From assembly GCF_009914755.1 (NCBI RefSeq), contig NC_060932.1: a DNA stretch of 64,000 nucleotides; one strand, 5' to 3'. Position numbers and translations under genes: made by a program. The notes under the pieces were generated by a model, which saw only the letters and a list, made by a program, of their open reading frames with translations, did not search any database and was not told where the DNA came from. The DNA is from the human T2T-CHM13v2.0 reference genome, Homo sapiens. Positions 26,899-43,719 of the stretch are shown here, one piece after another; position 1 is the stretch's first letter; each line of letters opens with the position of its first letter.

Positions 26899-27340
26899 CT
26901 GGAGGGTCTCGAACTTGGGACAGGCCCCCTCCAGGAAGATTTGCTGGGGGTTGCCAGAGGAGACGGAGGGGTGGAGGGTCTCGAACTCGAGGCTGGGTCC
27001 CCCCCAAGGAATATTTGCCAGGGGTTGCCAGAGAGGGCGGAGAGGTGGAGGGTCCCAAACTTGGGGCTGGCCCCCCCAGGAAGATTTACTGGGGGTTGCC
27101 AGAGAGGGCAGAGGGGTGGAGGGTCTCAAACTCGGGGCTGGCCCCCCCCCAGGAAGATTTACTGGGGGTTGCCAGAGAGGGCAGAGGGGTGGAGGGTCTC
27201 AAACTCGGGGCTGGGCCCCCCGAGGAAGATTTACTGGAGGTTGCCAGAGGCGGCGGAGGGGTGGAGGGTCTCAAACTCGGGGCTGAGCCCCCCAAGGAAG
27301 ATTTACTGGGGGTTGCCAGAGGCGGCGGAGGGGTGGAGGC
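26899..27340. repeat. ~72-bp minisatellite, 6 copies plus a partial copy
   Basis: Unit ggagggtctcaaactcggggctggccccc..ggaagatttactgggggttgccagag...ggggt starting near 26901, 26973, 27047, 27118, 27191 and 27263. Confidence 0.95.
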
Positions 27341-28119
27341 ACTGCCTGCCCAGGCCTGGCGTGGCTGCTGGGTTTCCATGACCATGGACAGCTGTCAAAA
27401 GGTCCCGGGCCCACAGGCTGGCGACTCCTGCAAGGCTCTGCAGAGGGTGGGGGCTTCAAGGGGTTCAGAGCCTGTGGATGGGGGAGGCGGCACAGGGTCC
27501 TGCCTGGGCCTCGCCCCCCAACCCCCCCAGGTCCCCACAGGGGCTGAGCGGTGGGGGACAGGTGAGGGGCAGCACCTGGATGGGCCGCCCATCCTCTGGA
27601 GGCTTATCTGCGGGCAGATGCCGGGAAGTGGGGTGTGGATAGGGCTTCGCAGAGGAGGGGGCCCAGTTCGGGCCGGGGCATGGAGACTGGGAAATCCCAG
27701 CTCCTAGCAGGGTGTGGGTGGGAGGCTCAGGTCCAGAGCCCTGAGATGGCCTCCCTTCCTCTCCCTCCCCTTCCCTGCAGGCCTCCCCACTTCACCCCTC
27801 ACCACCCAGCCTCCCTCCCCTAGGCTTCAGGACATTGAAACTCTGTGCGCTGGGCTTCTCCCTCTGCCCCAGGCCCGGGACACAACCCAGGCTCCCTCCC
27901 TCTGCTCCTGGAAACACCTGTCTCTGGGGGGCCTCCCACCTCCCGAGGGTGGGGCAGCAGGAACCTGGTGGGACTACTCACCCCACCACCTGCAGGAGGT
28001 CAGGGCTGCCTCTGACCTCAGCCCTAAACCCAGAGCAGAGGGAGCACTGGGCCCTGAGTCCCAGATCCTAGGAGGGCAAGTGGCTTCCACTCTGAGCCTG
28101 TCTCCCCTCAGTCGCCCTA

Positions 28120-28513
28120 GCCTTAATACTGAAGCGGCTGCACCTTGGGTGCTCACCTGCTATGCTGACTTCTGGTTAACCCCAGTTCCATTTGATCTAC
28201 CATCCTTGCGGAAGGGCACGAGAAGGGCATGCACTCGCCAGAAACCCCGCCCTTAGCCAGTTGTCCTGCACGCCCCTCTTGATGCAAGCAAACCCCCTCC
28301 CTATGGTACGTAAACCCTGGTTCGGGGCAGGGCGTGGGTGGTAATGGTGTGGAGATTCACCATCTCGTCTCACAGTTCCCAAGACACAGCTTCTGTTCAT
28401 AAGTCCCTATTACATGCTTCCTTCCAAGAAATTGGATTTGTCCTCTTTCTTTGGCCTCTCAGCTTCCTTGGCTTTTTGGGATGGGTTTGAATAGACCTGC
28501 TCATCATGCAACA
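28120..28513 (+). mobile_element. LTR47-like ERVL LTR
   Basis: gacttctggttaaccccagttcc...cttctgttcataagtccctatta...tagacctgctca. Confidence 0.65.
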
Positions 28514-29210
28514 ATAGACATTTCTCCAAAGAAGATACACAAATGGCCAGTAAGCACAGGAAAAGATGCTCGATGCCACTAAGCATCAGGGAAACGCACA
28601 TTAAAACCACAAGGAGGAATGGCCTCATGCCCATTAGGATGGCCTCCATCAACAATGCAGGAAACAGCAGGTGTTGGTGAGGTTGTGGAGGAACTGGAGC
28701 CCCTGTGTGCCATTGGTGGGCAGAGCCTGGAAAATGGTGCAGCAGCTATGGAAACCAGGATGGCGGCTCCTCAAACACTTAAACATAGAATTACCATAAG
28801 ATGCAACAACTTCACTTCTGAGTGCATACCCCAAAGAATTGAAAGCAGGGGCTCAAACAGATGTTTGTACCCCCATGTTCATAGTGATATTAATCACAAC
28901 AGCCCAAGTGTCTGCTGCGATTCTGATGGGGATGACGTAGAATCCCGGATTGCTCTGGGTACCATTAATGTCGTTACAATGTTAAGTCTTCAATCCAGGA
29001 GTGAATAAGCAAAACATGGAACATACGTATATAGAATTCAGCCTCAAAGAGGAAGGAAATCCTGACAGGCACTGCACCGTGGGAACCCTGATGACATCAT
29101 GCCGAGGGAAATCAGGCACACACGCATATCATCTCCCTGAACTTTATACTTAAAAATAGGTAAAATGGCAACTTTTATGTTCTGTATATTTTACTACAAT
29201 AAAAATAAAT
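28514..29210 (+). mobile_element. Old L1M 3' end
   Basis: tagacatttctccaaagaagatacacaaatggcc...tgttctgtatattttactacaataaaa. Confidence 0.85.
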
Positions 29211-29306
29211 TCTGAAAGGCACACACCCAAAAGTCAACTCCAATGTTTCTGGCCCAGCCCAAGTTAGATGGGGGGTAACACGCACCAGGTTGATGTGACT
29301 TAGTGG

Positions 29307-29797
29307 TGTCAGATACAATAAAATTCCTCCTCAAAGGTTTAGCCTGTTAACTTCCTTGTTCTTTGTTCTCAAACTCCACTTTCTTGTTCTCCATGCCTCC
29401 TTGCCCCTAGTTACTGCAAACAACCTTCAACTCAGCTCTGAGCAGTAACTCACATCTGTTCCCTTTGTTACCTGCTGTACACCCATTCCTCCCTTTGAAA
29501 CTGCACGTCCCACCACTATAACTCACATCCCCACTTCCCTTCCTTATTTGGGAAAGTATTCACAAATAGCCAATTGGGTCAATTTAAAATGTGCAGTCCG
29601 ACCCCAGCCCATGAGAGAATGACATAAAGGTAGGGGCTGCATTAGAAATAAAAACCCTTTCCCTCCTTTGTTTGGTGTGCTCTTGCGATTATGAGTGACG
29701 CAAACAGCACCCTTCTGCAGAAGAAAATTGCCTTGCTGAGAAAACTTTTGCCCGAGTGCTGGTTTCTCTTTGCAGCACTGAGCATTTATCTCCAACA
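29307..29797 (+). mobile_element. Solo LTR10-family LTR
   Basis: tgtcagatac...ggtttagcctgttaacttcc...cccttctgcagaagaaaattgccttgc...tccaaca; TSD gtgg/gtga. Confidence 0.8.
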
Positions 29798-31244
29798 GTG
29801 AGAAAACTTTAGACCCTTGGACCAAGAGGCCTGACCCCAGGTGTGGCCCAAACCATCCCAGCTGTCTGTTGCAGAGGCCCAGTACCCAGCAAGCCTGCCC
29901 AGAACCCAGCGAGCCTACTCAGCCTCTCCGTGCGCTGACGTTGCCTGGGCTTAGCCTTGACTTTGGTCTGGCCTCCATCTTGGTCGAGTTGTTGGCTGCT
30001 GTCAGCCTTGGCCAAGGCCTACCCCTGGGTGTCCCTCCTCTTGGATCCTTTTGCTTGTTGTTCTCTCCTCTGCCTGCAGGTCTTTTGTTTCTTCGGTCTT
30101 GGTTGAGGGGTCTTGGACTCGATTCTCCTCCTGGCCCTAGATGTGATGTAGCTGTTCTCACTGTGGATCTGATCTTGTCCTTGGCCTTCACCTTGGGTGT
30201 GCCCTTTGTCTTGGTTCTCTGTCTCAGGACACTACACCCTTGATGTTCAAATCCAGGCGTCCTCTGGTTTTGTGTGCACACCTGAACCTGTGTGACTTGA
30301 CTGCCATCCTTTTCTCCAGCTGCATCTGCAGCTGTGCACACAACACACTTCTTCAACAGCAAGACCATGGGGGCGAATGCTGGGGAAGGCGGTGGGTTAT
30401 GCTGACTGTGAGGGGCCCCTGGACACCAGGCAGGGCAGCCCACAGGCAGCTGGGAGGGCTCCAGTCCTCACCTGACTGCCCTCACTTGCCGGGGCTGATG
30501 GACATGCCTGTGGCCTGGAATGTGGCTCTCTCGTGTCTGCCAGAACTGGGCAGCCACCAGAGCCTGGGCCAGGGGACCTGGGTTCTAATAGCAGCTCTGC
30601 CATTTCTCAGTTTGTCATTTCTGGGATGTGAGAACAGGTGTTGAAAGCTCCATATTTAGGGAAGGGGGACAGTTGGGGTAGTCACCCCAGGGTGCTTCCT
30701 TTAGCCTAGCAAAAAGAGCCATCTGGGAGCACAGGGTCTGGCTGTGCCCCTCCCCTCGCTGTGCTGCCTCCACAGGTGCCTGCCTCTCTGGGCCCCAAGG
30801 CTGCTGGGGATGCCTGGGAGCCTGAGGCCTGCACAGGCTGATTTGGATGTCAGAGGCACCACCCCCAAAGGCTTCCAGAACAAAGGCTCTGAAAGCTGGG
30901 GGTGGTTGGTGGAAACTGAAGAAGGAAGGAGCCCCTGCTAGGCCAAGGGAATGCGTGAGAGAAGTGGAGAGTCCCTGGGGAGGAGTGGCATCTGGAGACT
31001 TCAGCATCCTCTGCCCTTCTCCCTTCGCAGGCTCCTGGGTGCACCGGCTTGCAGGCCACTAGCCTCCCTGCCCCCCGCTCCCCGCACAGACCAGAGCTTG
31101 GGGCTGCACAAGATGTGAGGAGGCATAGGCAGGGGGCGGGGGCCAGAGGCGGGAGCAAGTGCAGGCAGGTGGCGGCAAGTGCAGGCAGGTGGGGGCACAG
31201 AGAGTGGAAAAAGCATGGGGTGAGAAGCAGACAGAGACAGATGG

Positions 31245-31605
31245 AGAGCTGGGAGCACGCAGGCTGGGAGAGCGCAGGCTGGGAGAGCGCAAGGGAGAGA
31301 GAGCACAGGCTGGGAGAGAGAGCGCAGGCTGGGAGAGCACAGGCCGGGAGAGCGCAGGCTGGGAGAGAGAGCGCAGGCTGGGAGAGAGAGCGCAGGCTGG
31401 GAGAGCGCAGGCCGGGAGAGCGCAGGCTGGGAGAGTGCAGAGGAGAGAGAGTGCAGGCTGGGAGAGCGCAGGGGAGAGAGAGTGCAGGCTGGGAGAGCGC
31501 AGGCTGGGAGAGAGCAGGGGAGAGAGAGTGCAGGCTGGGAGGGCACAGGGGAGAGAGAGCTCAGGCTGGGAGAGCGCAGGCAGGGAGAGCGCAGGCAGGG
31601 AAGAG
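31245..31605. repeat. Minisatellite (GCGCAGGCTGGGAGA+GAn)
   Basis: About 20 units of 15-21 bp; source of the AGWES/QPALS ORFs. Confidence 0.95.
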
Positions 31606-31655
31606 AGATCTGTCATCCTAGTTGTGATCCTCATGTCTCAGAATGGAGTCACTCA

Positions 31656-31812
<157 letters not shown>

Positions 31813-31849
31813 GCACAGAGCGAGCCAGCAGGGCTGCGCCCACTGTCTC

Positions 31850-32987
31850 TGAAAGGTGGATCCCTCGACTGCCCCAGTGGGATGGGAGACCAGCGAATTC
31901 GGCCAAAAAAAGACTATTCTTGAGCCTTACGATCTAATGCTGTTTGCTTTATTGCCTTCGTCCCTGCTCAGGACCTGTTACCCTTTCTTCTTTCCTATTT
32001 CTCCCTTTTGGAATAGGTGTGTCTGTCCTCTGCCTGTCCCACCCCTGTGTTTCCCAAGCTCACATCTCGTTTGCTTCTGTAGGCTCACAGCTGGAGGAGA
32101 ATCCGCCTCGGGATGAATCACACCTTGAGTCTCACCCAGCTGTGATTTACATGATATTTAAATGAGACTTTTGGACTTAGACCGTCAAGTTGATGCTGGA
32201 ATGACTGGAAACTTTTGGTCTGTTAGGATGGAGTGAACCTATTTTGCATATGAGGAAGACATGAATTTTGCAGGGCAGAATGCTATGGTTGGAAAGTTTG
32301 TGTCCTCTAAAAATTCCTATGCCGAAATCCTAGTCCCCAAGGACTGAGTATCAGGAGGTGGGGTCTTTGGGGAGGTGATTAGGTCATGGTGGCAGAGCCC
32401 TTATGAATGGGATTTGTGCCCTTAAGAAAGAGGGCCAAGGGAGCTCATGCACCCTTCCCCCACATGAGGTCACAGTGAGAGTGTGGCATCTGTGAACCAG
32501 AAAGCCTTGGCCAGACACAGAATCTGCCAGCACCTCGATGAACCAGAAACCAGGCCTTGGGCAGACACAGAATCCACCAGCACCTCGATGAAGCAGGAAG
32601 CAGGACTTAGCCAGACACGGAATCCGTCAGCGCCTCGATGAACCAGAAACCAGGCCTTCGCCAGACACGGAATCCACTGGCACCTCCATGAAGCAGAAAG
32701 CAGGACTTAGCCAGACACGGGATCCACCAGCACCTCGATGAAGCAGGAAGCAGGACTTAGCCAGACACGGGATCCGCCAGCGCCTCGATGAAGCAGGAAG
32801 CAGGACTTAGCCAGACACGGAATCCACCAGCGCCTGGATGAACCAGAAAGCCTTAGCCAGGCACGGAATCTGCCAGCACCTTGATCTTGGACTTCCAGCC
32901 TCCAGAGCTGTGAGATATAAGTGTCTGTTTTTTATAAGACACCTGTGCTGTGGTATTCTGTCATAGTAACCCCAACAGACTAAGACA
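31850..32987 (+). mobile_element. MaLR internal 3' end plus MLT1A-like LTR (LTR 32281-32987)
   Basis: tgctatggttggaaagtttgtgtcc...cagactaagaca. Confidence 0.85.
32494..32885. repeat. 50-bp minisatellite, 8 copies, inside the MLT1A LTR
   Basis: Units gaagcaggaagcaggacttagccagacacggaatccaccagcacctcgat at 50-bp spacing. Confidence 0.95.
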
Positions 32988-33279
32988 CCTTCCTTCCCAT
33001 TCCCCTTCTCTTCCCTCCCCTTCTAGCATTGAAGAGACAGCCAAGGGGTTGAGGACATGAGGAAGTGATGGAGATTGGGAAGTCACACTGAGGCACAGGC
33101 TGGAGCCTGGCAGCTGCACAAAGGTGTGGACCCAGGGCTCTGGCTTCCTAGGACACAGGGGGTGGCAGGAGTGCAGGGGAGCCCCTCAGAATGCAGGCCA
33201 CTGGGCCCCATTGCCAAGGGGTGTCAGGGAAGGGGCACAAAGTGAGTGGACGGAGGCCATCAGTGCAATAGGGAGATCA

Positions 33280-34470
<1,191 letters not shown>

Positions 34471-34605
34471 AGAGTGCACGTCCGCAGCACGGTGGGGCAA
34501 AGGCAGTGACCACTTCCTGGAGAGACAGAGGGGACATGGGAGCTCTTAGTACTGCTCTGGAAACTTCTAAGTAAGTGTTGCTTAACATTTCTTATACAGA
34601 TTACA

Positions 34606-34792
34606 TAGATAAATGATAGATAGATGATAGATAGATGGTAGATAGACAGATAGATAGATAGATAATAGATAGGTGATAGAGATAGATGATAGAGATGATA
34701 GATATAGACAGATAATAGATAGATGATAGAGATTAGATAGATAGATAGATATAGATAGATAGGTAGATAGATAGATAATAGATAGATGGTAG
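34606..34792. repeat. (GATA)n degenerate microsatellite
   Basis: Seen directly. Confidence 0.95.
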
Positions 34793-34838
34793 AATAACAT
34801 AACAAACACTTGTAAACTCACCACCCACATATGTTCTA

Positions 34839-35225
<387 letters not shown>

Positions 35226-36028
35226 CTAAAGATGTGCTTAATACACAGTGTCTGTCAGGCTGGTTGAAAATTTTTACATCATGGCATCCCCTACGCACGC
35301 CTGTGCGGTTGCTTTCTCACTCGCCATCGTCTGGGCACACGACGGGGGGGATGTTGGTGCAGGTGGTGCAGGTGTTAACCTGCCTCCCGTATTTGCGCCC
35401 TTGTAGTCCACACCTCATGGATCTGGGTAGGGCCTATGTTGTAGTTCTGGGTCTGAGTCTCACGAGGACTGGGCAGCTCTGTCTTATGCCTCTTGGAAGC
35501 CAGAGGTGACCATGGATGAAGCCCAGCTGCCCCTCTAAAGACACCAGGTGGAGAAGCCACGTGCAGAGGGAGAGAGCCTGAGGCTACATGGAAAGAAATC
35601 GGGGAACCCAGCTGACAGCAGGAATTGAGGCCCCAGAAATGCGACTCCAGTGGAGCGGCTCCGGCCAGCCTGCAGCTGTCCAAGCCACAGAGCCACGAGC
35701 GAGGAAGGAAGCCAGCACAGACATTCCAGCCCTGCCATCTCGCAGGCAATGGGAGGACCTTCCACGTGTGCCCTCCCCACCGCTGTGCACAGAGCTCTCT
35801 TGGCCCCACAACCTCCCCAATGCTCGGTGTGGCTGGTCTCCTCAATTTTCTACATTTTGATGAATGTGCTGATGTATCTTCTGCTTTGCATTGCATTTCC
35901 CTGGTGTTAATGAGGTTGGTCACCATTTCATGTTTATTGGCCACGGGACATCTTCTTTTGTGAAGTGTTTGTTCAATTCTACGCATATTGCCTCCTAGGC
36001 TGCTGGTCATTTTTTCATTGGTTTGTAG

Positions 36029-36432
<404 letters not shown>

Positions 36433-36835
36433 CAACTGCCAGGTCTTATATGTTAATATCTTGTTGAGGATTTCTGTTTATGTTCATGAGTGAGACTGGT
36501 CTGTAAGTTTATTTTTTCTCTGTTGAGTTTGGGTATCACGTTTTCCTGGAGGTGAAACATGACAGGTGGAGTTGCTGTTCCCATTATGCCTCGGCTCTAG
36601 AAGAGTTTGTGTGAGATGGGTGCTATTTATTCCTTAAATGTTTAGTAGAATTCACTGGTGAAGCATTTGTGACTAGAGGTTCCACTGTGTGAAATATTTT
36701 CATGACAGATCCAATTTATTTAACAAATGTGGGGTCATTTATCTTTCTTCTTTCAGTTTTGGTAAGTTATAATTTTCTAGGAATTTTTCCATCTCATCAA
36801 AACTTTCAAATTTGTTAGCATGTTCCTTGTGCTCT

Positions 36836-37212
36836 ATTTTTTTTCTATTATCATTATACTTTAAGTTCTAGGGTACATGTGCACAATGTGCAGGTTAGTT
36901 ACATATGTATCCATGTGCCATGCTGGTGTTCTGCACCCATTAACTCATCATTTACATTAGGTATATCTCCTAATGCTATCCCTCCCCCCTCCCCCACCCC
37001 CCGACAGGCCCCGGTGTGTGATGTTCCCCACCCTGTGTCCAAGTGTTCTCATTGTTCAATTCCCACCTATGAGTGAGAACATGCAGTGTTTGGTTTTCTG
37101 TCCTTGCGAAAGTTTGCTCAGAATGATGGTTTTCAGCTTCATCCATGTCACTACAAAGGACATGAACTCATCCTTTTTTATGGCTGCATAGTATTCCATA
37201 GTGTATATGTGC
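36836..37212 (-). mobile_element. 5'-truncated young L1PA 3' end, inserted in older L1M sequence
   Basis: attatactttaagttctagggtacatgtgcacaa...tatggctgcatagtattcc; TSD ctattttt. Confidence 0.92.
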
Positions 37213-38316
37213 CTATTTTTAATATCCACAGATCTCCAGCAATCTCCCCTTTTCCTTCCCCATCGCAGGGTGCCTTCCTTCATTGTTTTTTTGGTCAGCA
37301 TCACCAGAGATTTACGAGTTTGGGGCACTTTCAAAGAATCGATAGTTGACTTTTTTGGCCCTCAATGGAAGGTGTGTTCTGAAGGTTTCTCCTCCCTGTG
37401 TCTCTAGCCCTCCCTCTAAGGACGTTTCAAACACCTCTTCTATACCAATCAGCTCATGTCTCCTGAGGAAGAACGCTCTTGATTTCTCTTGTGTGAGTCT
37501 GTATTTATTTCACCTTTATTCTTGGAGAGTATTTCCACTAGGAATAGAATTTAGGTTGGCAGTTAATTATTTCACTTAACAATTAAATTCTTTCAATATT
37601 TTGAAGATCACATTCCCTTGTAGTTTGGCTTTTATATTTCTATTTCGAAGTCAGATGTTAGTGTGATTGGTGTCCTTATGAAGGTAATGTGGCTTTTTTC
37701 CTCCAACTGTTAAGTGTTCTATTCATCTTTGGTTTTCAGCAATTTTACTATGTTGTGTCTGGGTGCAGTTTTCTTGTATTTACCCTGCTTGGGTTTGTAA
37801 CACTTCTTGAGCCAGGACTTTATAGCTGTTTTATTACCTTTATCTCAATATCTTGAGACATACCATAAAATCTATCATAACCTGGTAGCAGGATCCAAAA
37901 ATTCAATCACAGAAAATGGGGGCAGGTGCCATTACTGTGAGGCCAGTGAAAAACAATGTTTTCAGCTACTAACCCAGCCATGTGTGACCACGGCCTGGGC
38001 TCGGCACTGCCCTGTGTGTTGGCCAGTGGCCCATGATGATCTAGTGAGGCTGGAAGGCTGGATGGAGCCAGGAAGCAGGTGCAGGCTGAGGTCGCGGGGC
38101 AGAGTCTGGTGCTGGGTGATGGGGAGAGAGAGGACGCTTCGGTCTCTGTACGGGGTGGGGAGCTGGTACCAGCTGCAGCCGACAGGTAACTGTTTCTTTC
38201 ACTCTCCTGAGTTCTTGTTCAGGATGCTTCAGCCCTGAGGCTTTGATGGGTGAAGAAAGTTCCCAATGGCTGTGATACACTCTTCCCTGCACAGAAAATA
38301 AACATGTAGCTTTTAA

Positions 38317-38977
<661 letters not shown>

Positions 38978-39526
38978 TAAGGCAAGACCACACTTTGGTG
39001 TGATTTATTGGCTTGGCACCTCTGCAATTATGCAGGCAGCATCCACTCCAACCCCAAAGCCATCTGAAGTTCAGGCCTGTGTGTACATCTCAGGGCAGTT
39101 GTTTTTTTTCCTACCCAGAAGCCAGGCCGATACAGGCAAAATCCCTTTTCGTTCCCTGTTCTGCAGGGTAGAGGTTTCTGTAGTCCCCCCTGCAGAGACA
39201 GCGTGGCCCTTCCAAAGTCCTGCTTCCTGCAAGGTCTCAGTTTTACGCCCCCCAAGGCCAGAGCTTGTCCCCAAGACCCTTGGCTAAGCACACCAGACCC
39301 CTGCAACGCTGCAGGCAAACGGTCCTGGATCCCAATGCCCTCTTTGTTGTGCGGTATCAATTCACCCCCCAGATTCCCCTTTGCTTGTTGTAAATTCAGC
39401 GTACTTTTCAAAGAATTCAACTTTTTCAAGTATCTTCTAGCTCAAACTTTTGTCAAAAATGAAAACCTCTTAAAATTCTCTCTTCTTTTATCTTTTATTT
39501 CAAAGGATATTAAATAATAGTACTCA

Positions 39527-39977
<451 letters not shown>

Positions 39978-40019
39978 TAGCAGTACTCAAGGTAAAATCC
40001 AGAACTTGCCGTAGTTTCT

Positions 40020-40035
40020 CTGCCCTCTACTGGTG
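40020..40035 (-). promoter_or_regulatory. Candidate CTCF site
   Basis: Reverse complement CACCAGTAGAGGGCAG fits the CCASYAGRKGGCRS core. Confidence 0.6.
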
Positions 40036-40617
40036 AGGCCTCACCGTTTGAATTGTTTCAAAAGCCCAAGCCTGTAAGTTCACCCCACATGGCCTCTCCC
40101 ATCTCAGAAGGGACACAGGGACAGCCCAGTGTTCTCTAGGATTGGCAGCTCCTCTATTCTTTATCCCCCAGATCCCCCAGGGACCGGGGATGAGGACAGG
40201 CCAGCTGATTTTTCTCCTTTCCCACTTGGGATGCTGAGAGGTGAACTGGCTGCATTCCCTAGGAGAGATTTTACAAGTACATTAACACGCAAGGGATAAA
40301 GGCAGCAAAGACTGGCATGAATTCCTGATGCTTGCAGCTCACAGCTGCTCCCTGCTGGCTGCGTGTGGCCACAAGACCTCTCTCCAAGAGGGTGCAGGAG
40401 GAACCTCCTTGGCTGGACTGAACCTGGGGCTTCCTCCAGCTGCTCCCGACAAGGACAGGGCAAGAGAGGGTACTCGAGCTGGCTGTTTTCCTGCCCATGG
40501 CAAGAGTCCTCTGGTGGGCATCTTTGGCTTGAAGGCAACCTGATGGCTGGCTGAGGCTTTTTTAGAACTGTGCTGAAGTTGGAAACTCTTTCTATGCAAC
40601 ATCCTTCTTGGGTCCTA

Positions 40618-40939
<322 letters not shown>

Positions 40940-41185
40940 GGGGAGGGGAGGGGAGGGGAGGGGGAGGGGAGGCAGATGGGGGAGGGGGAGGGGAGGGGGA
41001 GGGGGAGGGGGAGGGGAGGGGGATGGGGAGGCAGATGGGGGAGGGGGAGGGGGAGGGGGAGGGGAGGGGGGAGGCAGATGGGGGAGGGAGAGGGAGAGGG
41101 GAGGGGGAGGGGGGGAGGGGGAAGGGGAGGGGGGAGGGGAGGGGGAGGGGAGGGGGAGGGGGAGGGGGAGGAAAGGGAAGGGAGA
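40940..41185. repeat. (GGGGGA)n polypurine tract
   Basis: Seen directly; includes recurring ggggaggcagatggggg units. Confidence 0.95.
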
Positions 41186-41774
41186 AAGCAGACAGCAAGT
41201 GGGATTTTGAGACCAGCCAGCCATGGCCTGCCTGGCAAGGGAGGGCCACCTGGAGTGGAAGGTGGGACCTGGATGGTCCCTGGCTCAAGGCAGGGGCTGG
41301 TCACGGAGGGTTCACTGGCGGTGGCCTGAGCAAGCACCCCGGGAAGGACTATGCTTTAGCCCATGTGATGGTTAAGCGGCCTGGAGGGTCTTGGGGGCAA
41401 ATGCCTATAGGGACAGCCATGCGCTAGCCGTCACCAAGTCACACTAACCCTACAGGGGATAATGAGAACACCAGGAGGTGCATAAGCGTCAGGACAAGTG
41501 TGAAGGCATGGGCCCCTGCAGAGGATGGGCAAAGCTGTGGGGCAGTCAGAACACAACAGAGTGCGAGCCCAGGAAGCTCTAATGCTCAGCCAAGGCAGGT
41601 CTGTGCACCAAGGCTGGGTCCCTGGAGGTGAGACCCAGAGATCCAAGGGGTGGATATCGGGAAGTGCCTGCAGACACCCTGACCCCACAGGCAGCAGGTG
41701 CATCTGTGCCGGGGCCAGTCGCCTCCATTCTGGGACACACCCTGCCCTCCTGGCCTTGGTGGGGTGATCTTGGG

Positions 41775-42215
41775 TTTTATTATTACTGATGTGCTGTCTT
41801 GACCCAGTTTTGAGGCCCTAGAGGCCGGTCAGTTCCCTCCTTGAGCAGCCAGTTAAGTCCACACCCAACCACCTCCTCATTGGCCCCTCACACTCCAGGC
41901 CACTGCACATTTGTCCAAATCTGCCCCAGGGCCAAGGGCCAGACTATCAGGGACAGCCCTGTGACCCAGAGCTCAAAATCACCCAAATTAGCCAATCCAC
42001 AGGGAGCCCCAGAAACCCAGCCACCCCACCTGCTGTCCACACACCAGCCACCCGGCAGCCCCAGCTGTCTGCTACCCTGTCCCCGGGTGCCTCATGCAGC
42101 CCTGCCTGGACGCCTTCCTCGTTTGGAGCTGTAAGTGACAGAGTGCTCTGCTTTTCATCTCTGGAGTGTCAGTGTGCCGTGCCCTACCTCAGAAGAACTT
42201 TCAGATCCTATATAA
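41775..42215 (+). mobile_element. ERVL LTR (MER54/73/74-like)
   Basis: gacccagttttgaggccctagaggccggtcagttccctccttgagcagc...ggagctgtaagtgac. Confidence 0.6.
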
Positions 42216-42762
42216 TGGGTGTCCAGCCTGGCCTCCAGCCCCACCCCCAAGAGGGCTAGGCAGGGTGTCCTTCTGCCGTTGCCCAGGGTTGATCTGGGGC
42301 AAGGGGCCGGTGGCCAGTGCTGGTTCGTCATCTTGCCATCTATTAAACATATTCTTAGGCATTATTTTGTTGCTTTTGACTCTGTTACATGTAGAATTCA
42401 TTGTTATTATTTCAATTTCTATGATAACTGGTTGTTGCCAGTACATAAAAGCAATTTTATATGTTCAATCACTTACTCAAAGCATCTTATTGGTTCTGTA
42501 GGTTATCAGATGAATGAAGCTTTTGGATCTTCTCGATGGGCATCCCTGTCTTCTGCAGGGAGGGGAGAATGTCAGCACTTCTGGCCTACCGTGCACAATC
42601 TCTACTGCATCTGCCTGCCTTCATCTGCCATGAGGATCCCCAAATGCAGGTTGAGGGGTAGCAGTGAGACAGGCATCCCTGACTTTTTCGCAGCTTTAAT
42701 GCTGATCACTAATATTTCATCAATTAATATGTTATCTGTCCTTTTTGAAAAAGTAGGTGTGA

Positions 42763-43135
<373 letters not shown>

Positions 43136-43719
43136 TGACTGCTAAATTTCGTCAAGTACTTTTTTCACTAATTACAACATAATTACATGATTTGTGTACT
43201 TTAGTGTACTGATGTAATGTATTATATTCTGCTTCCTAATATCAAGTCACTGTTACATGTATGCAATCAAAGCTTGACTATGGTGTGCTGTTCCTTAATA
43301 AATGACTGTGTACAAATTTATGATATTTTATTTGGATTTTTGCGTCCATTTTACAAAATAAATTGGAATATTTTTCTCATACTATATCAAAATTTGATAC
43401 GAAGTTACATTAGCTATATAATATGAATTGGAAAAATTTTCACCTTTTTCTATTTTCTGGAATATTTTTTAAAATACTAGAAGAACTTGTTCCTTACCAA
43501 TGAGGAAGAAGTCAGCTTTAAAACCATTTGGTGTTGGCACATTTTGCACTAACAAATGTTAAATGGACTTGCCAATTTCTTCCTTTTTTGATTTACCCAA
43601 GTTTTCCACTTATTCTGGTAATGTATTTCCTCTCAATTTTCACATTTCTTGCCATAAAATTATACATATGATATAATTCACTTAATCATTTTATTTTTTA
43701 TAGTCATGTCTTTGTTGAA

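Noticed and set aside
26899-27340. Regularly spaced repeats as a CRISPR-like array (also 309-757 and 32494-32885)
   Set aside because: Head-to-tail units with no unique spacers, no cas genes, and primate DNA: these are minisatellites.
40161-40602. Cys-containing short ORFs as a further Ly6 gene
   Set aside because: No LxCxxC or CCxxxxCN pattern and no matching exon structure.
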